This document shows positions 20,529-31,222 of a DNA stretch of 64,000 nt, in pieces. The translations under genes and the position numbers were made by a program. The first letter of the stretch is position 1. Every line of letters begins with the position of its first letter. Origin of the DNA: Trypanosoma brucei. Its lineage: Eukaryota. The DNA is taken from the NCBI GenBank assembly GCA_000002445.1, contig CP000066.1, forward strand, positions 512,001 through 576,000, in the 5' to 3' direction. The notes under the pieces are model-generated. The model made no database searches. It had not been told where the DNA came from and saw only the letters and a list, made by a program, of their open reading frames with translations.

Positions 20529-22326
20529 TTGTTACCTACAGTCCCACTCAGCTCCCCTACCCCTCCTACACCAACACCAATGTCGCTGATAGAACAATGA
20601 GGCTCCAACAAGTACGATTAACGCTTCAAAAATGCACACAAGATAGCGCGTTAGAAGCGGTGTCGATATTAGAAAAAAAGGAGTCAGGTAAAAGACGTAT
20701 TGTTTCCCACTAACGTAACCAACTGATGGGGGAATAAGTGCCCCTCGCCCAACTGGAAGTGGCAAAATGAAGAGGTAAGAAGAAAAAAACACAAAACGTT
20801 GGCACCAAAAGTGGGTAAATGAACAGCAGTAAATACACAAGTGAGCTGGCGGTAACCACACATTTCCGATTTGAGAAGTAATGGAGCAAAGAAGAAGAAA
20901 GTCAAAAGAAAAAAAAATCCCGTACGTTTTTTCCCCTGCTACCAACAACTTCGCTCACTTATATTGTATTTCCTTTCTTTCTTCGCTTTGTTACTTTATT
21001 GATATTGATTAAAAGGGGGAAAACTTGTGCATCTATTCATCTATGTTATTTCTTTTCTTTACTCTCCTCCCTTGACTATCACGCTAACACACTCACGAGT
21101 CTTTCTTGTCTTTGTTTGGCTAATTTTTTTCCCCCTCTCTCGTGTCGCTACTTCTGCCGCTGATGCGCTTGTAACTCAACTCTCCATCAATGATTGTATC
21201 TTCTAATTGTAATAAACACACCGCTTGGAAGTTTCTATTATCTACGTCCGTCACCCTTCCCTCCCAGCGGTTCTGATATATGTAAATAAATAAATAAACT
21301 CATTTACTCATCCACTCATTCATTCATTCATTTCATTCCACCTTTCAACCTCATCCCATTCCCCCCCCTTCAGTTCCTTTTCTCTTCACGCTCGAGCTTT
21401 ACACACGGCGTAAAAGTCCTCACGAAAATACAAGGGGGAAAAAGAGACAGAAATCGAAAAGTAAAATAAAGAGTGAAAACTGAATGCGTAAAAACAGGAT
21501 GATGCAAAATAACACACCACACACAAAAAAAACAGAAGAAAAAAAGAGCGAAGATACGTACAGGTGCGAGAAGTTCCTGTTGCATACCTCGAGTAGTGTC
21601 TAAGTGCTCTATCTAAATGCGCGCATAGACACAGAGGAGAAACTCGTAAAGGCACTTACGCGGGGAGTAGGTGTGAACAAAAATAAATAAGTAAAAAGAC
21701 AAAATGTAATGACAATAAAAAGGAGGGAAAATAGAAACCAAGGAAAAGGGATAGAAAATGGAAGGAAATGAAATGAAGAAACAAAAAAAACGGAAGCGAC
21801 TTATGAGTCACTCCATGTGCTCTATTGACGCAACACGAAGCAACGGAACCACCACATGTTCTCTTTTTTTTTTCATCCCTTTCCCTCTCGACAAACAAAT
21901 ATTTTCCCTTTGCGCTCGCTTCAGCCCCCACTCCGGCTGCCGCAGTTCACGTCCCACACGTAATGAAGGAAAAGTAAAGCGGACAGCACAAGCTGAAACG
22001 CAGGCACAGTGGCCTCTATCAAATAACATCCAACGCTTAAACTCCTTCGTATGCTTTTTTTTTTCCTTTGTATCCTTTATTTACCCACTCCCTCTCTTTC
22101 TTTGATCTATGCAACCACACTTCCTGCATACAGTAGGTGGGACACAATGATAGAAAACAAACCACAACCAATAAATAAATAAATAAATGATGTATCCAAC
22201 GAGCTGTGATGCTTATCTAGTAGAATACGCTCATGGTATACGGCGGATTGCGAATGCGTTGGGTGAAAAGAAAAAAAAAGCAGACCCCCGCCTCCAATAA
22301 CTGACATGACACACGAGGCTGCTCAT

Positions 22327-25300
22327 CTACCGCTTCCCAGCCTTCGCCTTCTCAGTGGGTTTCCTACCGGGTTTCTTCTTGGAAGCAGCCGGCTCTGCAG
22401 GCTGCTTCTTTGCTGTGGGTTTTGCTACAGGTTTCTTGGCTTTTGTAGTCTTCGCCGTCTGTTTATTTGCGCCCTTTGCTTTCTCTGTCGCTGCTGCCGT
22501 TGCCTTAGCATTCTTTGCGGCAGCCACCTGCTTACCCGCTCCTTTTGGCTTCTCAGCCGCTGTGACAGCCGCCTGCTTACCAGCGGTTTTTGCCTTCTCA
22601 GTCGCTGTGACAGCCGCCTTACTATTCTTTGCAGCAACTGTCTTCTTATTTGCCGCCTTTCCTTTGGCTGTTGCCGCCCCTCTCGTCCCTGCTGCCGGAT
22701 CCTTGCTCTTTCCCCGCTTTCCAGTGTCTTTGGCTTTACCCTTCACAACGGCAGTGGCAGCAGCAGCAGCTCTTTTCTTTCTGGTTGCCCGCATTGGCTC
22801 AAGTTCCTTCTCAGGGGGTGAGTCTAACCACTCCTTCAAGTCATTTCGAATTTTTCCAGCTCGATTCGCCTTCTTCCCACCCACCTCTGCACGAGCTCCC
22901 CTCGTCTTCTTCGGAGGCTCTTCCGCCTCCTCATCGGTGTCCTCACTTCCTTCCTCCTCCTCTTCACCATCATCATCCTCTTGCTCTTCCTCCTTTCGGG
23001 GTGAGCGCTCGATAAACTTCTTGGGACTTTGGAAACCTATATTGGTTCCACTCAAATCCTTTGCAAATGGCGGGTTGTCATCATCATTCTGCGGTGCGCC
23101 CGGCAGAAGCTGCGTCGACTTCAAAAGCACTTTAGTGATCACCGGCCGAGCACGAGACGAAGACGTTTGATCAGAGTACAGCATTCCTCCTACTACAGGT
23201 GTATTACTTCTCTGCAACCCAGTGTTTGCAGGGCGAAGCACTTGCATTGCAGATGCGCCGAAGGAGGTTGCACCAGGAATGAGACCCGGTTGATGCTCTC
23301 GTTGCTGACGGTTGTACTTCTGTTGTTGACCGGAGTGCTCATGGTGGAACAGCTGCTGTTGTGGTGCCTGTTGCTGCTGCTGGAAATAATGCTGCTGCTC
23401 TTGTGGAAAACGTTGGTGTTGCTGCTGCTGCCACTGTGGTGGTTGTTGTTGCTGCTGCTGCTGGTGGTGGTATTGTAGTTGTTGGTGCTGCGGTCGCTGT
23501 GTCTGCTGGGGTTGATGAAATGGTATATGCCGCTGCTGTTGTTGCTGTTGCTGTTGTTGTTGTTGCTGCTGTTGCTGTTCGTATAGGAACTGCTGCGGCT
23601 GCCGGAACTGCTGGGACTGATGTGGTTGGTTAGCCTGCTGGTTGTACTGTTGCTGCTGGTTATGGAACTGATTGTAGTAATATGGGTCCCGTTGTTGTTG
23701 GTCAGTGGATAAACCAAAGATATTGCTACTACTGGGCGCACCGAATGCCTGCGTCGGCTGCGGTTTCATTGACGGCCAGGTGCCGCCTAATCCTTCCATG
23801 TTTGATTGGGGTACCACAGGGCTTTCTTCGGGGGCACCCCACATCGAAGCTGAAGAAAGCCATGATGTATTTGACGGTGGTGAAGCACCCCAGTTGCCGA
23901 GTTCATACTTTGGATATTCCTGCTTGGAATATTGACCTGTGCCCCCACTACTTCTGTTGTCCTTAAGAGCGGCAGATCGCACATCGCTTAAAGGAATCTT
24001 TGTGCGGCGCGGTTGCCCCTCCTCGTGGCATTTTTGTTCCAGTTGCTGACTGTAACTTCTCTCGGGAACAGCAGCCGGACGATGCTTCTCGGGCGGTGGT
24101 GACGCAAACATGGTGGTGGGAGGATTATTATGGTTCAAAAGTCCCATGAATGGCGAAGCAGTACGGGTTTCTGGCGACCGCAAGGTCACAGGTGACGAGG
24201 TTGAGGCAGAGGCGGAGGCGGAGGTACCAAAATGCTGCGACCGCTGCGGATCTTCAGCGGAACTCAGAGGATTTTTGAACATGGACCACAGCGTCGAGTT
24301 GAATCCCGTTGGGTTCCCCTCCGCAGCAGCAGGTTTGTCCGTTCGATACCTGTCCGGTTCATTTTGCTGCTGATGTTGCTGTTGTTGCTGCTGGTGGACG
24401 TTGCTGCCCCGAGCACGGTTAGTGCTCCCTGCGGCGTCAGCACTGCTTTCATTGGTGTTTGAGGCAAGGCCAGTTTGGGGGGCGGCCCCTGAGCCACTGG
24501 CACCACCAATTTCAGTTGAACTGGTTAACGTATGGCCCGCATTCATCGCAAATGGTGGAGCAACTACCAGAGCGTCAGAGCCAGCGGAACTTTTACTTTC
24601 TGTCTTACCGGGCATGCCTATTGTCGCATTCGAAAAGGGGTCCATTGACAACGACTCATTCAAATCTTGTGAGACCGTCAGCTCGTTTACAGGTGGTGCC
24701 TCCCCTAATGCCTTCGTCATTTTCAACGTGAACCGACCAACCCGCTTCTGCTCTGCCTCCTGCGGGAGAGCTATGTTTCTCACAGCCTCTCGGAGCTGGG
24801 GCTCATACGCATCAGCGTTAGACCTAACAGATTTAACCATTGGACTAGATTGAGTCAGTGGCGTCTGCAAGGCACCTTGCTGAGCCTGCGCAAGAAGGAC
24901 CGTGATTCTCGCGGTTGTTTCATCCGGTTGTGTGAGTCGCCCATACGGACCGTTCACGAGCTCGGTAAGTATCTGCTCCAGCAACGGCTGTTGGGTGACG
25001 CTTCCATAGACGGTGCACAGCGAACAAAGCAAATTTTCCATTTCCTTGGCATTTATATTGCACAACCGCTCATGAAACTTTTCTCTAAATCGCGCAAGCC
25101 ATTCGGGTCCCGGGTGCATTTTTGCTAGTGGTCGCACCGCTTCAAGATAGCGCAGTACAGTGCCCATCCGAATTCGTTCCGCTCCAAGAAGCTCCTGACC
25201 GCCACTCACCACAAAGTGGCATATGGCATCTCCCGACCCTCCTCCAAATACGCCCGTCATGAGCTCAACCAAAGAAACAAATTGCTCCGGTGACACCGAT

Positions 25301-27045
25301 ACTGTTTTGGCAGCTTCAAGCGCCTTTGCTGTGTCTCGAGCGTGCGGAATCAGATTGGCAGCCAGTGGCAGACAGTAAAGGGTATCGCTTGTCCACTCCG
25401 CCTCAGCAAATCGAGCGGAGAGGAAAGCAACACAAGCTGAGTGTAGCTCGGGCCGCCCGGAGGCCTGAAGCATACGAATCTCATCAGGAGAGAAGCGCTC
25501 TTGGGCCGCTTGTAATCGGGCAACCAGCTCCGCCACAAGTGCCCCATCAAATTTCGTGCCCTGTACCAAAGACAGGGCGTCAACGAGCTGTCGAGCTGAT
25601 ACATCACTCAAATTAACCTGTGCATGCAATGCCTCATCGTCTGGAAAGGCCAGGGCAAGCAACAGTTTTGTGTGGCTGCTGCACTCGGGTTGTAACAATC
25701 GACTTGCCACTGCCTTAGCCTCCGGCATCCAGGAGGGTGCCATAGGAGCGAATGTTGCACAAATGTGGCTTATCTCTGACAACGAAAACTCACCGAGCAC
25801 CGTTTCTATGCGCTCCCCAAGACGCACCGCCAATTCTTGCGACAGTAGACTTGAGCGGCGAAGAATGCCAGCTGCCATTGCCAATTGCTGGGGCTCAAAT
25901 CGGCCAACGTGCCGCCCTACGTACGCCTGGTATGCGAGAAACACGTTTCTGTAACGAAGTCGGCCGCCCATTTCATATGCGAAGGCAATGGTTGTCATGT
26001 CATCGCAGTGACTCCAGTGCAACTTATCATTACAGTCAAAGAAGCTCATCACACGTGGTTCATATTCCTCTAAAAGAGTGCTAAGCCGCCCCCCAAGCTC
26101 ACACACATCGTGCTGTGTTAAGCCGTTCCTTCCCGGTTGCAAAGATCCAACCATCTTCGCTACAGACCCGATGATGGAAGCAACATCACGTCCATTAGCC
26201 GTCGTAGAGTACATAAGACCTGCACGGGCAAGGCGCTGCTGCAGCTGGGGTGGGAAAGGAAGCAGCTGATGGTGCCGAAGGCATGAGTTCATCAGCGTGG
26301 AAAAATCGTAGCTGTGGAATTCGCCTGAATGATCCAAAAGGGCGACAAGGAAATGACTAGCCTCAGCGACCTTACCAGTGCGTACTAACCAACTGTAGAC
26401 CCTCAGCAGCGGGGGCTGCATCCGCGGCATATCGGTTGTTGGTGTATTCTGTAGGCGTGTGACGGCAACCTGTGCGAGCGTCTCACTTAAAGTACTGGGC
26501 GCGTGCTTGCCGCCACGCTGCAAGACCTTTGCAGCGCACTCGATCAAATTCCAAAAGTCATGATAGTCAGTATTGCTACTACCACCCTCCTGAGAAATTT
26601 CATTTAGTACCCTGTCTACAGTGGCAAACGTCCGCTCCAAATATTGGTCGCCGCGTTGAGTCAGCGCCACAGCTGCTAGAAGACGGGTGACACCGTCGTG
26701 GTTTTTATCATCTAACGTACGCACAAGTTTGTTTGTAATGAGTGCCTGCAATGAGGTGTCTGGTTCTATCTCGAAGAATGAGAGGAGCTGCGCTAGAGCC
26801 ACCGCATTGTTTCCCTGTTCGATCCACACATTTATCTCATTTTGAGGGACTTCAGTCTCCAAAAAACGCTCCGCCTCGCGTCTAGCGAAATCGTACTGCC
26901 CTCGGCCTCGATACTTGCGTTTCAGAGCAGCGGCCCTGTGGGCGAACTTAGTCATGGAACTGCCGCCACTGCTTCCCCCAAAGCCGCTCCCTCCGGAAAC
27001 GAAAGGGGCGCTGGGCCACGCAAGTAATACGGCGACACGCCGCAT
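22327..27045 (-). CDS. Large hypothetical protein (1572 aa): mitochondrial-like presequence, alpha-helical N-domain, Q/H-rich core, Lys/Ala-rich histone-H1-like C-terminal tail
   Basis: N-term MRRVAVLLAWPSAPFV; centre QQQQQQQQQQQQQQRH...; C-term AKTAGKQAAVTAAEKPKGAGKQVAAAKNAKATAAATEKAKGANKQTAKTTKAKKPVAKPTAKK; single uninterrupted ORF. Confidence 0.7.
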   Translation of the reverse strand: MRRVAVLLAWPSAPFVSGGSGFGGSSGGSSMTKFAHRAAALKRKYRGRGQYDFARREAERFLETEVPQNEINVWIEQGNNAVALAQLLSFFEIEPDTSLQALITNKLVRTLDDKNHDGVTRLLAAVALTQRGDQYLERTFATVDRVLNEISQEGGSSNTDYHDFWNLIECAAKVLQRGGKHAPSTLSETLAQVAVTRLQNTPTTDMPRMQPPLLRVYSWLVRTGKVAEASHFLVALLDHSGEFHSYDFSTLMNSCLRHHQLLPFPPQLQQRLARAGLMYSTTANGRDVASIIGSVAKMVGSLQPGRNGLTQHDVCELGGRLSTLLEEYEPRVMSFFDCNDKLHWSHCDDMTTIAFAYEMGGRLRYRNVFLAYQAYVGRHVGRFEPQQLAMAAGILRRSSLLSQELAVRLGERIETVLGEFSLSEISHICATFAPMAPSWMPEAKAVASRLLQPECSSHTKLLLALAFPDDEALHAQVNLSDVSARQLVDALSLVQGTKFDGALVAELVARLQAAQERFSPDEIRMLQASGRPELHSACVAFLSARFAEAEWTSDTLYCLPLAANLIPHARDTAKALEAAKTVSVSPEQFVSLVELMTGVFGGGSGDAICHFVVSGGQELLGAERIRMGTVLRYLEAVRPLAKMHPGPEWLARFREKFHERLCNINAKEMENLLCSLCTVYGSVTQQPLLEQILTELVNGPYGRLTQPDETTARITVLLAQAQQGALQTPLTQSSPMVKSVRSNADAYEPQLREAVRNIALPQEAEQKRVGRFTLKMTKALGEAPPVNELTVSQDLNESLSMDPFSNATIGMPGKTESKSSAGSDALVVAPPFAMNAGHTLTSSTEIGGASGSGAAPQTGLASNTNESSADAAGSTNRARGSNVHQQQQQQHQQQNEPDRYRTDKPAAAEGNPTGFNSTLWSMFKNPLSSAEDPQRSQHFGTSASASASTSSPVTLRSPETRTASPFMGLLNHNNPPTTMFASPPPEKHRPAAVPERSYSQQLEQKCHEEGQPRRTKIPLSDVRSAALKDNRSSGGTGQYSKQEYPKYELGNWGASPPSNTSWLSSASMWGAPEESPVVPQSNMEGLGGTWPSMKPQPTQAFGAPSSSNIFGLSTDQQQRDPYYYNQFHNQQQQYNQQANQPHQSQQFRQPQQFLYEQQQQQQQQQQQQQQQRHIPFHQPQQTQRPQHQQLQYHHQQQQQQQPPQWQQQQHQRFPQEQQHYFQQQQQAPQQQLFHHEHSGQQQKYNRQQREHQPGLIPGATSFGASAMQVLRPANTGLQRSNTPVVGGMLYSDQTSSSRARPVITKVLLKSTQLLPGAPQNDDDNPPFAKDLSGTNIGFQSPKKFIERSPRKEEEQEDDDGEEEEEGSEDTDEEAEEPPKKTRGARAEVGGKKANRAGKIRNDLKEWLDSPPEKELEPMRATRKKRAAAAATAVVKGKAKDTGKRGKSKDPAAGTRGAATAKGKAANKKTVAAKNSKAAVTATEKAKTAGKQAAVTAAEKPKGAGKQVAAAKNAKATAAATEKAKGANKQTAKTTKAKKPVAKPTAKKQPAEPAASKKKPGRKPTEKAKAGKR
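22380..22760 (-). repeat. Imperfect about 60-nt tandem repeats encoding Lys/Ala/Thr-rich (AKxAxKQAAVTA) tail
   Basis: cttctcagccgctgtgacagccgcctgcttacc / ccttctcagtcgctgtgacagccgccttact recur; protein shows periodic AGKQAAVTAAEKPKGAGKQVAAAKN. Confidence 0.7.
23340..23690 (-). repeat. Coding CAG/CAA (plus-strand CTG/TTG) microsatellite encoding poly-Gln/His-Gln tract inside the 1572-aa protein
   Basis: Plus strand shows (TTG/CTG)n: ttgttgctgctgctgctggtggtgg ... ttgttgttgttgctgctgttgctg; translation QQQQQQQQQQQQQQRH. Confidence 0.9.
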
Positions 27046-27672
27046 GGTGTCAGCTCCGCGCCCCCTTCTCGTATGGCTTCTGCTGTTTCCCTCTCTTCTT
27101 CGGATCCTACCGCCTGCCCTCTAGACTTCAGCTCCCCCTCCCTCTTTTTTCTTTTCTCACCTCCCGGCCCTCTTGTTGTGAACCCGCCGCAATGGAGGTG
27201 GCCACCAAAATGTAGTGGACGTAACTGAAACGTGTAGAGATTGGAGAAGAAAAAGAATAAATATACGGAGGCAATTATAACACCGAAAATGAGCAGGGGG
27301 AATGACAGTGGGCAAAAGGAGGGAGAATAAAATCCGGCGTTCTTCACTTACCGTTATTTCTCGTACCAGTTTCTCCAATACGTATTAGGGAAGAGACAAG
27401 AAGGGGAATAATAACAACAAATCAGTAGCGCAGCTCAACAAAATGAATAAATGGATGGAGTGGCAACACGCAGGTTGTTCGCATAGAGATGCACACAGTG
27501 GATAAAATATCACACTGATGCACCTGCAACAACAACAAGGAAGGGAAATGCGCTCACGAACACAAACTACCGCCACACCAAAAGTAATAAATTTGATTTA
27601 ACTTGTGCACTAACAGCTCTCCCCCTATTTTTTCCATCGGCATCCCGGCTCCACCATTGGCAACAAACACAA

Positions 27673-27730
27673 ATATATATATATATATATATATATATTT
27701 ATTTATTTATTTACTTATTTATTTGTTTAC
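27673..27730. repeat. Compound (TA)12-(TTTA)7 microsatellite
   Basis: atatatatatatatatatatatatatttatttatttatttacttatttatttgtttacc. Confidence 0.95.
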
Positions 27731-28192
27731 CTGTGCTCGAATATGTACTGAAATACGAGCACGCATGTACATATGATTGCGCGGGTGTGCATCATGGAAA
27801 AAAAAGTGAAAGTGGTGGAGGACAAAAAAAACGAACTGAGCGGCGGAGAAAACATACGAGTAAGGGTCGCAACAGGAACGCAAACGAAAAAAAATATTAT
27901 ATAACGCACAGCCGCGCAACAAAAAATCTGTACACGCATTGGTACAGCGGACAAAACTTGTCAGATCTTGTCGTTACAATGTTGAACCAAAACGGTCTCT
28001 CAGCGCAACCCACGGCGAGCGGCCGCCGCTTGTGAGCAAGCACCTTTTTGCCGAGTGTCACACAAATTAAGGTTGGTAACGATGCATAACGAACAAAAAG
28101 AAATGAACGAAAGAGGCAAAACTCAGGGGTGGTCGCCATTCAAAGGTGAAATACACCCTAGAAAGAGAGAAAGGTCACACCGCAACATCCAC

Positions 28193-28236
28193 ATATATAT
28201 ATATATATTTATGTATATTTATATGTATATTTATAT
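28193..28236. repeat. (TA)8 followed by (TATATTTATATG)-like units
   Basis: atatatatatatatatatttatgtatatttatatgtatatttatatg. Confidence 0.9.
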
Positions 28237-29019
28237 GAGCACATAAACAAACATGGCGATGAACAAACACTTCCGGCCAAGGTGCAGCGGTAGGCGTTGA
28301 CCAGATGAGTTTCCAAGCGAGGGTCAAATTGATAAAAGTGAGGGAAGATGGGGAAAGCCTCATGCGAATAGAAGTGGGAGATAGCAAGCTTACCATACTG
28401 TATAAACCTTTCCTTTCCTCCACAGGACACACAGCCTCGGACACAAGCGAATAGCCACTTCGTTAAATAAGTGGAAGGAACACAGTACAACAGAATGGGA
28501 TGCCACGGGAGGGCAGGAGCAAAAGGTGTTCTAAGCACTAAATGTTGTGCACCTCAATTCCCCCCAAAGGTAACGATGTGGGTGACACATGTGGCAATTA
28601 TGTACGTGGCAACTGCCTATCAACGCGGCAACATACCACTCAGCACAACATCCCCTCGTGCATACTCACACAGTCGACACAAGTGCTTACCACCTCTGCG
28701 TGTTCGCGTACGGCAAGACAGACTCGGAGAGAGTATGAAGTTTGGAAAGGAGAAACGCAGCCCAAAAAGGATTTGTCATGAGCAAATCAGAGGGTAAAGC
28801 AAGCGTCAACGGCTGGCCGTATTGATTCATGCATCGGCACGTTCTCGGTCGCGTGATAACGAAAACATTCACTGGCACTACTACCGACTTCAACAATAAT
28901 CAGCGACAAATTTGTCCAAGTATAACCCATGAACCTCGTTCTACGAAAAGAAAAGTTGGGGTTTCTCCCTTAGTCCTTAAGCAAACCCTCAGTACGCATG
29001 CGAGCCTCTTCATCAACCT

Positions 29020-30327
29020 CTACTCTGGGTCTTTACTCGACCGGGAGGACAAAAGCCGCGGCATAGCTAAGTCAACAAAATGCCCATCGGACGCAAAAAA
29101 TCCCCCTTGAATATCTTTCCCACGGTCCGCAACACCATTAGAATTTTCCCGTCGCTTCTTGCTTTTAGTTACTAGTGGTGACATGGGTTGAGATAACCCC
29201 TCCAGCTCCGTGACATAGGAGAAAAGGTCCGCCATGTCCATCATACCAAACTTTGGATCTGCTGTTCCCGATTGTCTCTCAAGCGAGCCCGGGCCCGACC
29301 CCGACCTGCTGTTGCTACATGCGTTTGCACCTGAGAGAGAAAGACTCCCTTTTGCGCGTTTCATCTTATTTGGGCTTGGTATATCAACGAGCCATCGATG
29401 CGAAAGAAGCTCTCTTGCACTCGGACGAAGGGCCGGATCCCGTACAAAACAAAGATCTAAAAAGTCTTGCAACAGGGGAGACCCCTCGCAGTTGACTGGA
29501 AGGCGGGGTGATCCTGAGTTATTTGATACTATCGCAAATAGCACCGCAGCAGGATTTTTCATATTCCCCCCAAACGGCTTCCTTCCACTTATCATCTCGT
29601 ATACGGTAACACCTAAACTCCACACATCCGCTGCTGTTGTGTAGCTACTTTCCCCCTTATTATCATTGTTGCTCCTATAATCAAAGTCACCGCCACCGGC
29701 ATCGGGGGAGTCATCGGTGTCATTTGGTACATTCCTATCGCTATCGACAACTTCCGGAGCCATATACCATGGTGTTCCCACCGTTGTGTGCATCCCGACA
29801 GTATCATCGATGAGTTTACTCACACCAAAATCTGTTAACTTGCAGCGACCATCCGCGGTGATAAGAACATTGGCGGGTTTGATGTCCCTATGACAAATAC
29901 GGGCAGTATCATGCAGATACGCGAGCCCCTCTAGCAAGTCACGAGCATACGACCGCACTACATTCTCACGTAAGGATCCCTGCCGTCTAATGATCCCGTC
30001 CAATGACCCGCCGTTCACGTACTCCATTATTATCTCTACACCCACTGCGCTACGGCGTGCGCCATAATACGTAACGAGGTTTGGGTGTTGCACCCGTTCC
30101 ATCAGATGAATCTCCTGCAAAATCGCTCGCATGTCGTCGGAGATAACAGGAGGTTCCTGAGGAAATGCATCTCCCCCATCCCCACCTTCCGGTGCGACAA
30201 CACCACCGTCGTACAGAGGAATTTCCTTCACGGCAACGAAACAACCTTTTTCCTCATCGTAACCCTCGTAAACGACACCTCTCGCCCCAACGCCTAACTT
30301 GCGATTCGTCCTACGAATGTTCTCCAT
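29020..30327 (-). CDS. Serine/threonine protein kinase (435 aa)
   Basis: Gly-loop GVGARGVVYEG, VAVKEI (subdomain II Lys), HRDIKPANVL, DFGVS, GTPWYMAPE, DVWSLGVTVYEM; Gly/Asp-rich insert and Ser-rich C-terminal extension. Confidence 0.9.
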   Translation of the reverse strand: MENIRRTNRKLGVGARGVVYEGYDEEKGCFVAVKEIPLYDGGVVAPEGGDGGDAFPQEPPVISDDMRAILQEIHLMERVQHPNLVTYYGARRSAVGVEIIMEYVNGGSLDGIIRRQGSLRENVVRSYARDLLEGLAYLHDTARICHRDIKPANVLITADGRCKLTDFGVSKLIDDTVGMHTTVGTPWYMAPEVVDSDRNVPNDTDDSPDAGGGDFDYRSNNDNKGESSYTTAADVWSLGVTVYEMISGRKPFGGNMKNPAAVLFAIVSNNSGSPRLPVNCEGSPLLQDFLDLCFVRDPALRPSARELLSHRWLVDIPSPNKMKRAKGSLSLSGANACSNSRSGSGPGSLERQSGTADPKFGMMDMADLFSYVTELEGLSQPMSPLVTKSKKRRENSNGVADRGKDIQGGFFASDGHFVDLAMPRLLSSRSSKDPE

Positions 30328-31222
30328 CCAGCAAGGCGTAAACCCAGCCCCCTAACAGGGAAACTGGGGTGAGAAATGTACTGAAGGGTAAAATATGGAA
30401 GGAAATGCGTTATTAAGATATTGTACACGGACACTCTGCACACGCACAAACAACCAAACACGCCCCCCAAACGCGTAACTGTCTCACAGCCGAGTCGGGA
30501 CAGTTGAATAATAAACGGGGATAAAAAATAGAACTAAAAGGGCCAGTAGACTCAACTTAAGGAAAAGTTTCACCTAAGCGGGGAACCTTAAGGGTAAATC
30601 ACACGCCTGAGCTAACAATATATCTAATTTACAACAACCAGCACTACTAGTAACCAAAAAAAAAGAGAGAGGTGACTGCAGATGACAAGCAGTTGCAAAA
30701 GGGAGAATGGGGAAGTATTGAGATTAAATGAGAATGGTTTGAATACAAACGAACACAACTAGGTGAGGGAATCCCAAGGATGAGCATAACATACACAAGC
30801 ACACCTGTACATGGTGCACAAACAAAACAAAATGTGGGGCTTCACAACACCATGCATAACTATGGTCAACACACGATGCCCATGCACATGCTCTAAAAGA
30901 GCCGGTGTGTGAAATGAAAGGAACAAAAAGGACACACAGAGACACACAAATGTATATAAATAAACGCTGGTATCATAAATTTACAAGAAGCCGACAAAGG
31001 CACGGGGTATATTCCTCAAGAGAGAGGTGTCAAATCCACGAAGATGGGTGGAGGAATCGAACCTAACCCAAACCAAAAGCGGGCAAATGCCAACACACCC
31101 ACCACTATCTCCATCCGCCAACCCATAGACACAACCACATCTCTTTCCTTCAAATTCCCCTTCCCTTCTGGTGCCCCTCGGCTCTTTAACACGCCCACAC
31201 CTCTGGAGAAATCCGCTGAGGT

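Noticed and set aside
22355-23633. Plus-strand ORFs (271, 128, 149, 90 aa) rich in A/L/F/V overlapping the 1572-aa gene
   Set aside because: Antisense shadow ORFs created by the Lys/Ala repeat and CAG/CAA microsatellite of the minus-strand CDS; low-complexity translation, opposite to polycistron orientation
27046-29019. Possible small gene or ncRNA in the 2 kb spacer upstream of the 1572-aa gene (ORFs 28209..28538, 28471..28797)
   Set aside because: ORFs short and overlapping on both strands with no motif; could not identify structured RNA features; left as UTR/spacer
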